Assembly (NCBI GenBank): GCA_964035545.1
Contig: CAXIUT010000097.1
Span: forward strand, 1 to 64,000
DNA length: 64,000 nt
From: Bugula neritina
Taxonomy: Eukaryota; Animalia; Bryozoa
Direction of reading: 5' to 3'
Part shown: positions 47,301 through 63,300 of the stretch, in pieces
Layout of the letters: every line of letters begins with the position of its first letter
Position numbering within the stretch: position 1 is the stretch's first letter
Notes under the pieces: generated by a model
Databases searched by the model: none
The model's input: the letters and a program-made list of their open reading frames with translations, nothing else
What the model was told of the DNA's origin: nothing
Made by a program: the position numbers and the translations under genes

Positions 47301-50300
47301 AAAATATACTGCAAAATACTGAAATACCCTGCAAAATACTGAAATACACTGTAACATACTGAAGTATACTGCAACATACTGAAATACACTTCTACATACT
47401 GAAATATGCTGCAACACACAGCAACATACTGCAACATACTAAAATACACTGTAACATATTGGAATACACTGCAACACATTGAAATATACTGCAACACACC
47501 TAAATATACGGTAATATACCAAAATATACTGTAACACATTTAAAAACACTGCAACCTACTGAAATACACTGCAACACACTGAAATACACTGCAAAAGACT
47601 GTAACACACTGAAATATACTGCAACACACTGCAATTTACTGCAACATACTAAAATATACTGCAACATACTGAAATACACTGCAAAATACTGAAATATACT
47701 GCAACACACTGCAACTTACTGCAACATACTAAAATACACTGTAACATATTGAATTACACTGCAACACATTGAAATATAGTGCAAAATACTGAAATACACT
47801 GCTACATACTGAAATATACTGCGACACACTGCAACATACTGCAACATACTAAAATATACTGCAACATACTGAAATACACTGCAAAATACTGAAATACACT
47901 GTAACATACTGAAATATACTGCAACATACTGAAATACACTGCTACATACTGAAATATACTGCAAAATACTGCAACATACTAAAATACAATGTAACATATT
48001 GAAATACACTGCAACACATTGAAATATACTGCAAAATACTGAAATACACTGCTACATACTGAAATATACTGCGACACACTGCAACATACTGCAACATACT
48101 AAAATACACTGCAACATACTGAAATACACTGCAGAATACTGAAATACACTGTAACATACTGAAATATACTGCAAAATACTGAAATACACTGCTACATACT
48201 GAATTATACTGCAACACACTGCGACATACTGCAACATACTGAAATGCACTGTAACATATTGAAATACACTGCAACACATTGAAATATACTGCAATGTACC
48301 GAAATATATGGTAAACTACTGAAATATACTGTCACACATTGAAAAATACTGCAACATACTGAAATATACTGCGACACATTGCAATATACTGTAGCATACT
48401 GAAATACGCTGTAGCACACTGAAATACACTGCAACTCACTGAAATATACTGCAAAATACTGGAATACACTGCTACATACTGAAATATACTGCGACACACA
48501 ACAACATACTGCAACATACTAAAGTATACTGCAACATACTGAAATACACTGTAAAATACTGAAATACACTATAACATACTGAAATATACTGCAACATACT
48601 GAAATATACTGCTACATACTGAAATATACTGCCACACACTGCAACATACTGCAACATACCAGAACACACTGTAACATAATGAAATACACTGCAACACATT
48701 GAAATATACTGCAAAATACTGAAATACACTGCTATATACTGAAATACACTGCAACACACTACAACATACTGCAACATACGAAAATATACTGCAACATACT
48801 GAAATACACTGCAAAATACTGAAATACACTGTAACATACTGAAGTATACTGCAACATACTGAAATACACTGCTACATACTGAAATATACTGCAACACACA
48901 GCAACATACTGCAACATACTAAAATACACTGTAACATATTGGAATAAACTGCAACACATTAATTATACTGCAAAATACTGAAATACACTGCTACATACTG
49001 AAATATACTGCAACATACTGCAACATACTGAAATACACTGCAACACATTCAAATACACCGCAAAATACTACAACATACTGAAATGCACTGTAACATATTG
49101 AAATACACTGCAACCCATTGAAATATACTGCAATGTACCGAAATATATGGTAAAGTACTGAAATATACTGTCACACATTGAAAAACACTGCAACATACTG
49201 AAATATACTGCGACACATTGCAATATACTGTAACATACTGAAATAGGCTGTAGCACACTGAAATACACTGCAACTCACTGAAATATACTGCAACATACTG
49301 AAATACACTGTAACATATTAAAATATACTGCAACATACTGAAATATAGTGCTACATACTGAAATATACTGCAACATACTGCAACATAGTGAAATACACTG
49401 TAACATACTGAAATACACTGCAACATACTACAACATATTGAAATACACTGCAACACATTGAAATATACTGCAACATACCTAAATATACGGTAATATACTG
49501 AAATATACTGTAACACATTGAAAAACACTGCAACATACTGAAATACACTGTAACATATTAAAATATACTGCAACATACTGAAATACACTGCAGAATACCG
49601 AAATACACTGTAACATACTGAAATATACTGCAAAATACTGAAATACACTGCTACATACTGAAATATACTGCGACACACTGCGACATACTGCAACATACTA
49701 AAATACACTGTAACATATTGAAATACACTGCAACACATTGAAATATACTGCAATGTACCGAAATATATGGTAAACTACTGAAATATACTGTCACACATTG
49801 AAAAATACTGCAACATACTGAAATATACTGCGACACATTGCAATATACTGTAACATACTGAAATATGCTGTAGCACACTGAAATACACTGCAACTCACTG
49901 AAATATACTGCAACATACTGAAACACACTGTAACATATTGAAATATACTGCAACATACTGAAATACATTGCTACATACTGAAATATACTGCAACATACTG
50001 CAACATACTGAAATACACTGTAACATACTGGAATACGCTGCAACATACTACAACATATTGAAAGACACTGCAACACATTGAAATATACTGCAACATACCT
50101 AAATATACGGTAATATACCAAAATATACTGTAACACATTGAAAAATACTGCAACATACTGAAATACACTGCAACACACCGAAAAACACTGAAAATACTGT
50201 AACACACTGAAATATACTGCAAAATACTGAAATACACTGCTACATACTGAAATACACTGCGACACACTGCAACATACTGCAACATACTAAAGTATACTGC

Positions 50301-51020
50301 AACATACTGAAATACACTGTAAAATACTGAAAGACACTATAACATACTGAAATATACTGCAAAATACTGAAATACACTGCTATATACTGAAATACACTGC
50401 AACACACTACAACATACTGCAACATACGAAAATATACTGCAACATACTGAAATACACTGCAAAATACTGAAATACACTGTAACATACTGAAGTATACTGC
50501 AACATACTGAAATACACTGCTACATACTGAAATATACTGCAACACACAGCAACATACTGCAACATACTAAAATACACTGTAACATATTGGAATAAACTGC
50601 AACACATTAATTATACTGCAAAATACTGAAATACACTGCTACATACTGAAATATACTGCAACATACTGCAACATACTGAAATACACTGCAACACATTCAA
50701 ATACACCGCAAAATACTACAACATACTGAAATGCACTGTAACATATTGAAATACACTGCAACGCATTGAAATATACTGCAATGTACCAAAATATATGGTA
50801 AAGTACTGAAATATACTGTCACACATTGAAAAACACTGCAACATACTGAAATATACTGCGACACATTGCAATATACTGTAACATACTGAAATAGGCTGTA
50901 GCACACTGAAATACACTGCAACTCACTGAAATATACTGCAACATACTGAAATACACTGTAACATATTAAAATATACTGCAACATACTGAAATATAGTGCT
51001 ACATACTGAAATATACTGCA
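41400..51020 (+). repeat. Long-range copy of ~14624-24460 (offset ~26.0-26.8 kb)
   Basis: Offsets run 26776, 26716, 26033, 26543, 26563 along the block. Shared private variants: GGCTGTAGATCACTG (~19111/45827), TACTAACGTAAACT (~18381/45097) and GACACACAACAAC (~21930/48493). Confidence 0.85.
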
Positions 51021-51390
51021 ACACACTGCAACATACTGAAATACACTGTAACATACTGAAATACGCTGCAACATACTACAACATATTGAAAGACACTGCA
51101 ACACATTGAAATATACTGCAACATACCTAAATATCCGGTAATATACCAAAATATACTGTAACACATTGAAAAATACTGCAACATACTGAAATACACTGCA
51201 ACACACCGAAAAACACTGAAAATACTGTAACACACTGAAATATACTGCAAAATACTGAAATACACTGCTACATACTGAAATACACTGCGACACACTGCAA
51301 CATACTGCAACATACTAAAGTATACTGCAACATACTGAAATACATTGTAAAACACTGAAATACACTATAACATACTGAAATATACTGCAA

Positions 51391-54300
51391 CATACTGAAA
51401 TATACTGCTACATACTGAAATATACTGCAACACACTGCAACATACTGCAACATACTAGAATACACTGTAACATAATGAAATACACTACAACACATTGAAA
51501 TAGACTGCAAAATACTGAAATACACTGCTATATACTGAAATACACTGCAACACACTACAACATACTGCAACATACTAAAATATACTGCAACATACTGAAA
51601 TACACTGCAAAATACTGAAATACACTGTAACATACTGAAGTATACTGCAACATACTGAAATACACTGCTACATACTGAAATATACTGCAACACACAGCAA
51701 CATACTACAACATACTAAAATACACTGTAACATATTGGAATACACTGCAACACATTGAAATATACTGCAACATACTGAAATACACTGCAACACATTCAAA
51801 TACACCGCAAAATACTACAACATACTGAAATGCACTGTAACATATTGAAATACACTGTAACATATTAAAATATACGGCAACATACTGAAATATACTGCGA
51901 CACATTGCAATATACTGTAACATACTGAAATAGGCTGTAGCACACTGAAATACACTGCAACTCACTGAAATATACTGCAACATACTGAAATACACTGTAA
52001 CATATTGAAATATACTGCAACACACTGAAATATAGTGCTACATACTGAAATATACTGCTACATACTGAAATACACTGCAACATACTGCAACATACTGAAA
52101 TACACTGCAACACATTGAAATATACTGCAACATACCTAAATATACGGTAATATACTGAAAAATACTGTAACACATTGAAAAACACTGCAACATACTGAAA
52201 TACACTGCAACACATTCTAATACACCGCAAAATACTACAACATACTGAAATGCACTGTAACATATTGAAATACACTGCAACACATTGAAATATACTGCAA
52301 TGTACCGAAATCTATGGTAAACTACTGATATATACTGTCACACATTGAAAAATACTGCAACATACTGAAATATACTGCGACACATTGCAATATACTGTAA
52401 CATACTGAAATATGCTGTAGCACACTGAAATACACTGCAACATACTGAAATACACTGTAACATATTAAAATATACTGCAACATACTGAAATACACTGCAG
52501 AATACCGAAATACACTGTAACATACTGAAATATACTGCAAAATACTGAAATACACTGCTACATACTGAAATTTACTGCGACACACTGCGACATACTGCAA
52601 CATACTAAAATACACTGTAACATATTGAAACACACTGCAACACATTGAAATATACTGCAATGTACCGAATTATATGGTAAACTACTGAAATATACTGTCA
52701 CACATTGAAAAATACTGCAACATACTGAAATATACTGCGACACATTACAATATACTGTAACATACTGAAATATGCTGTAGCACACTGAAATACACTGCAA
52801 CTCACTGAAATATACTGCAACATACTGAAACACACTGTAACATATTGAAATATACTGCAACATACTGAAATATATTGCTACATACTGAAATATACTGCAA
52901 CACACTGCAACATACTGAAATACACTGTAACATACTGAAATACGCTGCAACATACTACAACATATTGAAAGACACTGCAACACATTGAAATATACTGCAA
53001 CATACCTAAATATCCGGTAATATACCAAAATATACTGTAACACATTGAAAAATACTGCAACATACTGAAATACACTGCAACACACCGAAAAACACTGAAA
53101 ATACTGTAACACACTGAAATATACTGCAAAATACTGAAATACACTGCTACATACTGAAATACACTGCGACACACTGCAACATACTGCAACATACTAAAGT
53201 ATACTGCAACATACTGAAATACACTGTAAAATACTGAAATACACTATAACATACTGAAATATACTGCAACATACTGAAATATACTGCTACATACTGAAAT
53301 ATACTGCAACACACTGCAACATACTGCAACATACTAGAATACACTGTAACATAATGAAATACACTACAACACATTGAAATAGACTGCAAAATACTGAAAC
53401 ACACTGCTATATACTGAAATACACTGCAACACACTACAACATACTGCAACATACTAAAATATACTGCAACATACTGAAATACACTGCAAAATACTGAAAT
53501 ACACTGTAACATACTGAAGTATACTGCAACATACTGAAATACACTGCTACATACTGAAATATACTGCAACACACAGCAACATACTACAACATACTAAAAT
53601 ACACTGTAACATATTGGAATACACTGCAACACATTGAAATATACTGCAACATACTGAAATACACTGCAACACATTCAAATACACCGCAAAATACTACAAC
53701 ATACTGAAATGCACTGTAACATATTGAAATACACTGTAACATATTAAAATATACGGCAACATACTGAAATATACTGCGACACATTGCAATATACTGTAAC
53801 ATACTGAAATAGGCTGTAGCACACTGAAATACACTGCAACTCACTGAAATATACTGCAACATACTGAAATACACTGTAACATATTGAAATATACTGCAAC
53901 ACACTGAAATATAGTGCTACATACTGAAATATACTGCTACATACTGAAATACACTGCAACATACTGCAACATACTGAAATACACTGCAACACATTGAAAT
54001 ATACTGCAACATACCTAAATATACGGTAATATACTGAAAAATACTGTAACACATTGAAAAACACTGCAACATACTGAAATACACTGCAACACATTCTAAT
54101 ACACCGCAAAATACTACAACATACTGAAATGCACTGTAACATATTGAAATACACTGCAACACATTGAAATATACTGCAATGTACCGAAATATATGGTAAA
54201 CTACTGATATATACTGTCACACATTGAAAAATACTGCAACATACTGAAATATACTGCGACACATTGCAATATACTGTAACATACTGAAATATGCTGTAGC

Positions 54301-57300
54301 ACACTGAAATACACTGCAACATACTGAAATAGACTGTAACATATTAAAATATACTGCAACATACTGAAATACACTGCAGAATACCGAAATACACTGTAAC
54401 ATACTGAAATATGCTGCAAAATACTGAAATACACTGCTACATACTGAAATTTACTGCGACACACTGCGACATACTGCAACATACTAAAATACACTGTAAC
54501 ATATTGAAAAACACTGCAACACATTGAAATATACTGCAATGTACCGAATTATATGGTAAACTACTGAAATATACTGTCACACATTGAAAAATACTGCAAC
54601 ATACTGAAATATACTGCGACACATTGCAATATACTGTAACATACTGAAATATGCTGTAGCACACTGAAATACACTGCAACTCACTGAAATATACTGCAAC
54701 ATACTGAAACACACTGTAACATATTGAAATATACTGCAACATACTGAAATACATTGCTACATACTGAAATATACTGCAACATACTGCAACATACTGAAAT
54801 ACACTGTAACATACTGAAATACGCTGCAACATACTACAACATATTGAAAGACACTGCAACACAGTGAAATATACTGCAACATACCTAAATATACGGTAAT
54901 ATACCAAAATATACTGTAACACATTGAAAAATACTGCAACATACTGAAATACACTGCAACACACCGAAAAACACTGAAAATACTGTAACACACTGAAATA
55001 TACTGCAAAATACTGAAATACACTGCTACATACTGAAATATACTGCGACACACTGCAACATACTGCAACATACTAAAGTAAACTGCAACATACTGAAATA
55101 CACTGTAAAATACTGAAATACACTAGAACATACTGAAATATACTGCACCATACTGAAATATACTGCTACATACTGAAATATACTGCAACACACTGCAACA
55201 TACTGCAACATACTAGAATACACTGTAACATAATGAAATACACTGCAACACATTGAAATATACTGCAAAATACTGAAATACACTGCTATATACTGAAATA
55301 CACTGCAACACACTACAACATACTGCAACATACTAAAATATACTGCAACATACTGAAATACACTGCAAAATACTGAAATACACTGTAACATACTGAAGTA
55401 TACTGCAACATACTGAAATACACTGCTACATACTGAAATATACTGCAACACACAGCAACATACTGCAACATACTAAGATACACTGTAACATATTGGAATA
55501 CACTGCAACACATTGAAATATACTGCAAAATACTGAAATACACTGCTACATACTGAAATATACTGCAACATACTGCAACATACTGAAATACACTGCAACA
55601 CATTCAAATACACCGCAAAAAACTACAACATACTGAAATGCACTGTAACATTGAAATACACTGCAACGCATTAAAATATACTGCAATGTACTGAAATATA
55701 TGGTAAACTACTTAAATATACTGTCACACATTGAAAAACACTGCAACATACTGAAATATACTGCGACACATTGCAATATACTGTAACATACTGAAATAGG
55801 CTGTAGCACACTGAAATACACTGCAACTCACTGAAATATACTGCAACATACTGAAATACACTGTAACATATTGAAATATACTGCAACACACTGAAATATA
55901 GTGCTACATACTGAAATATACTGCAACATACTGCAACATAGTGAAATACACTGTAACATACTGAAATACACTGCAACCTACTGCAACATATTTCAATACA
56001 CTGCAACACATTGAAATATACTGCAACATACCTAAATATACGATAATATACTGAAATATACTCTAACACATTGAAAAACACTGCAACATACTGAAATACA
56101 CTGCAACACATTCTAATACACCGCAAAATACTACAACATACTGAAATGCACTGTAACATATTGAAATACACTGCAACACATTGAAATATACTGCAATGTA
56201 CCGAAATATATGGTAAACTACTGATATATACTGTCACACATTGAAAAATACTGCAACATACTGAAATATACTGCGACACATTGCAATATACTGTAACATA
56301 CTGAAATATGCTGTAGCACACTGAAATACACTGCAACATACTGAAATACACTGTAACATATTAAAATATACTGCAACATACTGAAATACACTGCAGAATA
56401 CCGAAATACACTGTAACATACTGAAATATACTGCAAAATACTGAAATACACTGCTACATACTGAAATTTACTGCGACACACTGCGACATACTGCAACATA
56501 CTAAAATACACTGTAACATATTGAAACACACTGCAACACATTGAAATATACTGCAATGTACCGAATTATATGGTAAACTACTGAAATATACTGTCACACA
56601 TTGAAAAATACTGCAACATACTGAAATATACTGCGACACATTGCAATATACTGTAACATACTGAAATATGCTGTAGCACACTGAAATACACTGCAACTCA
56701 CTGAAATATACTGCAACATACTGAAACACACTGTAACATATTGAAATATACTGCAACATACTGAAATACATTGCTACATACTGAAATATACTGCAACATA
56801 CTGCAACATACTGAAATACACTGTAACATACTGAAATACGCTGCAACATACTACAACATATTGAAAGACACTGCAACACAGTGAAATATACTGCAACATA
56901 CCTAAATATACGGTAATATACCAAAATATACTGTAACACATTGAAAAATACTGCAACATACTGAAATACACTGCAACACACCGAAAAACACTGAAAATAC
57001 TGTAACACACTGAAATATACTGCAAAATACTGAAATACACTGCTACATACTGAAATATACTGCGACACACTGCAACATACTGCAACATACTAAAGTAAAC
57101 TGCAACATACTGAAATACACTGTAAAATACTGAAATACACTAGAACATACTGAAATATACTGCACCATACTGAAATATACTGCTACATACTGAAATATAC
57201 TGCAACACACTGCAACATACTGCAACATACTAGAATACACTGTAACATAATGAAATACACTGCAACACATTGAAATATACTGCAAAATACTGAAATACAC

Positions 57301-60300
57301 TGCTATATACTGAAATACACTGCAACACACTACAACATACTGCAACATACTAAAATATACTGCAACATACTGAAATACACTGCAAAATACTGAAATACAC
57401 TGCTACATACTGAAATATACTGCAACATACTGCAACATACTGAAATACACTGTAACATACTGAAATACGCTGCAACATACTACAACATATTGAAAGACAC
57501 TGCAACACATTGAAATATACTGCAACATACCTAAATATCCGGTAATATACCAAAATATACTGTAACACATTGAAAAATACTGCAACATACTGAAATACAC
57601 TGCAACACACCGAAAAACACTGAAAATACTGTAACACACTGAAATATACTGCAAAATACTGAAATACACTGCTACATACTGAAATATACTGCGACACACT
57701 GCAACATACTGCAACATACTAAAGTAAACTGCAACATACTGAAATACACTGTAAAATACTGAAATACACTAGAACATACTGAAATATACTGCACCATACT
57801 GAAATATACTGCTACATACTGAAATATACTGCAACACACTGCAACATACTGCAACATACTAGAATACACTGTAACATAATGAAATACACTACAACACATT
57901 GAAATAGACTGCTAAATACTGAAATACACTGCTATATACTGAAATACACTGCAACACACTACAACATACTGCAACATACTAAAATATACTGCAACATACT
58001 GAAATACACTGCAAAATACTGAAATACACTGTAACATACTGAAGTATACTGCAACATACTGAAATACACTGCTACATACTGAAATATACTGCAACACACA
58101 GCAACATACTACAACATACTAAAATACACTGTAACATATTGGAATACACTGCAACACATTGAAATATACTGCAACATACTGAAATACACTGCAACACATT
58201 CAAATACACCGCAAAATACTACAACATACTGAAATGCACTGTAACATATTGAAATACACTGTAACATATTAAAATATACGGCAACATACTGAAATATACT
58301 GCGACACATTGCAATATACTGTAACATACTGAAATAGGCTGTAGCACACTGAAATACACTGCAACTCACTGAAATATACTGCAACATACTGAAATACACT
58401 GTAACATATTGAAATATACTGCAACACACTGAAATATAGTGCTACATACTGAAATATACTGCTACATACTGAAATACACTGCAACATACTGCAACATACT
58501 GAAATACACTGCAACACATTGAAATATACTGCAACATACCTAAATATACGGTAATATACTGAAAAATACTGTAACACATTGAAAAACACTGCAACATACT
58601 GAAATACACTGCAACACATTCTAATACACCGCAAAATACTACAACATACTGAAATGCACTGTAACATATTGAAATACACTGCAACACATTGAAATATACT
58701 GCAATGTACCGAAATCTATGGTAAACTACTGATATATACTGTCACACATTGAAAAATACTGCAACATACTGAAATATACTGCGACACATTGCAATATACT
58801 GTAACATACTGAAATATGCTGTAGCACACTGAAATACACTGCAACATACTGAAATACACTGTAACATATTAAAATATACTGCAACATACTGAAATACACT
58901 GCAGAATACCGAAATACACTGTAACATACTGAAATATACTGCAAAATACTGAAATACACTGCTACATACTGAAATTTACTGCGACACACTGCGACATACT
59001 GCAACATACTAAAATACACTGTAACATATTGAAACACACTGCAACACATTGAAATATACTGCAATGTACCGAATTATATGGTAAACTACTGAAATATACT
59101 GTCACACATTGAAAAATACTGCAACATACTGAAATATACTGCGACACATTACAATATACTGTAACATACTGAAATATGCTGTAGCACACTGAAATACACT
59201 GCAACTCACTGAAATATACTGCAACATACTGAAACACACTGTAACATATTGAAATATACTGCAACATACTGAAATATATTGCTACATACTGAAATATACT
59301 GCAACACACTGCAACATACTGAAATACACTGTAACATACTGAAATACGCTGCAACATACTACAACATATTGAAAGACACTGCAACACATTGAAATATACT
59401 GCAACATACCTAAATATCCGGTAATATACCAAAATATACTGTAACACATTGAAAAATACTGCAACATACTGAAATACACTGCAACACACCGAAAAACACT
59501 GAAAATACTGTAACACACTGAAATATACTGCAAAATACTGAAATACACTGCTACATACTGAAATACACTGCGACACACTGCAACATACTGCAACATACTA
59601 AAGTATACTGCAACATACTGAAATACACTGTAAAATACTGAAATACACTATAACATACTGAAATATACTGCAACATACTGAAATATACTGCTACATACTG
59701 AAATATACTGCAACACACTGCAACATACTGCAACATACTAGAATACACTGTAACATAATGAAATACACTACAACACATTGAAATAGACTGCAAAATACTG
59801 AAATACACTGCTATATACTGAAATACACTGCAACACACTACAACATACTGCAACATACTAAAATATACTGCAACATACTGAAATACACTGCAAAATACTG
59901 AAATACACTGTAACATACTGAAGTATACTGCAACATACTGAAATACACTGCTACATACTGAAATATACTGCAACACACAGCAACATACTACAACATACTA
60001 AAATACACTGTAACATATTGGAATACACTGCAACACATTGAAATATACTGCAACATACTGAAATACACTGCAACACATTCAAATACACCGCAAAATACTA
60101 CAACATACTGAAATGCACTGTAACATATTGAAATACACTGTAACATATTAAAATATACGGCAACATACTGAAATATACTGCGACACATTGCAATATACTG
60201 TAACATACTGAAATAGGCTGTAGCACACTGAAATACACTGCAACTCACTGAAATATACTGCAACATACTGAAATACACTGTAACATATTGAAATATACTG

Positions 60301-63300
60301 CAACACACTGAAATATAGTGCTACATACTGAAATATACTGCTACATACTGAAATACACTGCAACATACTGCAACATACTGAAATACACTGCAACACATTG
60401 AAATATACTGCAACATACCTAAATATACGGTAATATACTGAAAAATACTGTAACACATTGAAAAACACTGCAACATACTGAAATACACTGCAACACATTC
60501 TAATACACCGCAAAATACTACAACATACTGAAATGCACTGTAACATATTGAAATACACTGCAACACATTGAAATATACTGCAATGTACCGAAATATATGG
60601 TAAACTACTGATATATACTGTCACACATTGAAAAATACTGCAACATACTGAAATATACTGCGACACATTGCAATATACTGTAACATACTGAAATATGCTG
60701 TAGCACACTGAAATACACTGCAACATACTGAAATAGACTGTAACATATTAAAATATACTGCAACATACTGAAATACACTGCAGAATACCGAAATACACTG
60801 TAACATACTGAAATATACTGCAAAATACTGAAATACACTGCTACATACTGAAATTTACTGCGACACACTGCGACATACTGCAACATACTAAAATACACTG
60901 TAACATATTGAAAAACACTGCAACACATTGAAATATACTGCAATGTACCGAATTATATGGTAAACTACTGAAATATACTGTCACACATTGAAAAATACTG
61001 CAACATACTGAAATATACTGCGACACATTGCAATATACTGTAACATACTGAATTATGCTGTAGCACACTGAAATACACTGCAACTCACTGAAATATACTG
61101 CAACATACTGAAACACACTGTAACATATTGAAATATACTGCAACATACTGAAATACATTGCTACATACTGAAATATACTGCAACATACTGCAACATACTG
61201 AAATACACTGTAACATACTGAAATACGCTGCAACATACTACAACATATTGAAAGACACTGCAACACAGTAAAATATACTGCAACATACCTAAATATACGG
61301 TAATATACCACAATATACTGTAACACATTGAAAAATACTGCAACATACTGAAATACACTGCAACACACCGAAAAACACTGAAAATACTGTAACACACTGA
61401 AATATACTGCAAAATACTGAAATACACTGCTACATACTGAAATATACTGCGACACACTGCAACATACTGCAACATACTAAAGTAAACTGCAACATACTGA
61501 AATACACTGTAAAATACTGAAATACACTAGAACATACTGAAATATACTGCACCATACTGAAATATACTGCTACATACTGAAATATACTGCAACACACTGC
61601 AACATACTGCAACATACTAGAATACACTGTAACATAATGAAATACACTGCAACACATTGAAATATACTGCAAAATACTGAAATACACTGCTATATACTGA
61701 AATACACTGCAACACACTACAACATACTGCAACATACTAAAATATACTGCAACATACTGAAATACACTGCAAAATACTGAAATACACTGTAACATACTGA
61801 AGTATACTGCAACATACTGAAATACACTGCTACATACTGAAATATACTGCAACACACAGCAACATACTGCAACATACTAAGATACACTGTAACATATTGG
61901 AATACACTGCAACACATTGAAATATACTGCAAAATACTGAAATACACTGCTACATACTGAAATATACTGCAACATACTGCAACATACTGAAATACACTGC
62001 AACACATTCAAATACACCGCAAAAAACTACAACATACTGAAATGCACTGTAACATTGAAATACACTGCAACGCATTAAAATATACTGCAATGTACTGAAA
62101 TATATGGTAAACTACTTAAATATACTGTCACACATTGAAAAACACTGCAACATACTGAAATATACTGCGACACATTGCAATATACTGTAACATACTGAAA
62201 TAGGCTGTAGCACACTGAAATACACTGCAACTCACTGAAATATACTGCAACATACTGAAATACACTGTAACATATTGAAATATACTGCAACACACTGAAA
62301 TATAGTGCTACATACTGAAATATACTGCAACATACTGCAACATAGTGAAATACACTGTAACATACTGAAATACACTGCAACCTACTGCAACATATTTCAA
62401 TACACTGCAACACATTGAAATATACTGCAACATACCTAAATATACGATAATATACTGAAATATACTCTAACACATTGAAAAACACTGCAACATACTGAAA
62501 TACACTGCAACACATTCTAATACACCGCAAAATACTACAACATACTGAAATGCACTGTAACATATTGAAATACACTGCAACACATTGAAATATACTGCAA
62601 TGTACCGAAATATATGGTAAACTACTGATATATACTGTCACACATTGAAAAATACTGCAACATACTGAAATATACTGCGACACATTGCAATATACTGTAA
62701 CATACTGAAATATGCTGTAGCACACTGAAATACACTGCAACATACTGAAATACACTGTAACATATTAAAATATACTGCAACATACTGAAATACACTGCAG
62801 AATACCGAAATACACTGTAACATACTGAAATATACTGCAAAATACTGAAATACACTGCTACATACTGAAATTTACTGCGACACACTGCGACATACTGCAA
62901 CATACTAAAATACACTGTAACATATTGAAACACACTGCAACACATTGAAATATACTGCAATGTACCGAATTATATGGTAAACTACTGAAATATACTGTCA
63001 CACATTGAAAAATACTGCAACATACTGAAATATACTGCGACACATTGCAATATACTGTAACATACTGAAATATGCTGTAGCACACTGAAATACACTGCAA
63101 CTCACTGAAATATACTGCAACATACTGAAACACACTGTAACATATTGAAATATACTGCAACATACTGAAATACATTGCTACATACTGAAATATACTGCAA
63201 CATACTGCAACATACTGAAATACACTGTAACATACTGAAATACGCTGCAACATACTACAACATATTGAAAGACACTGCAACACAGTGAAATATACTGCAA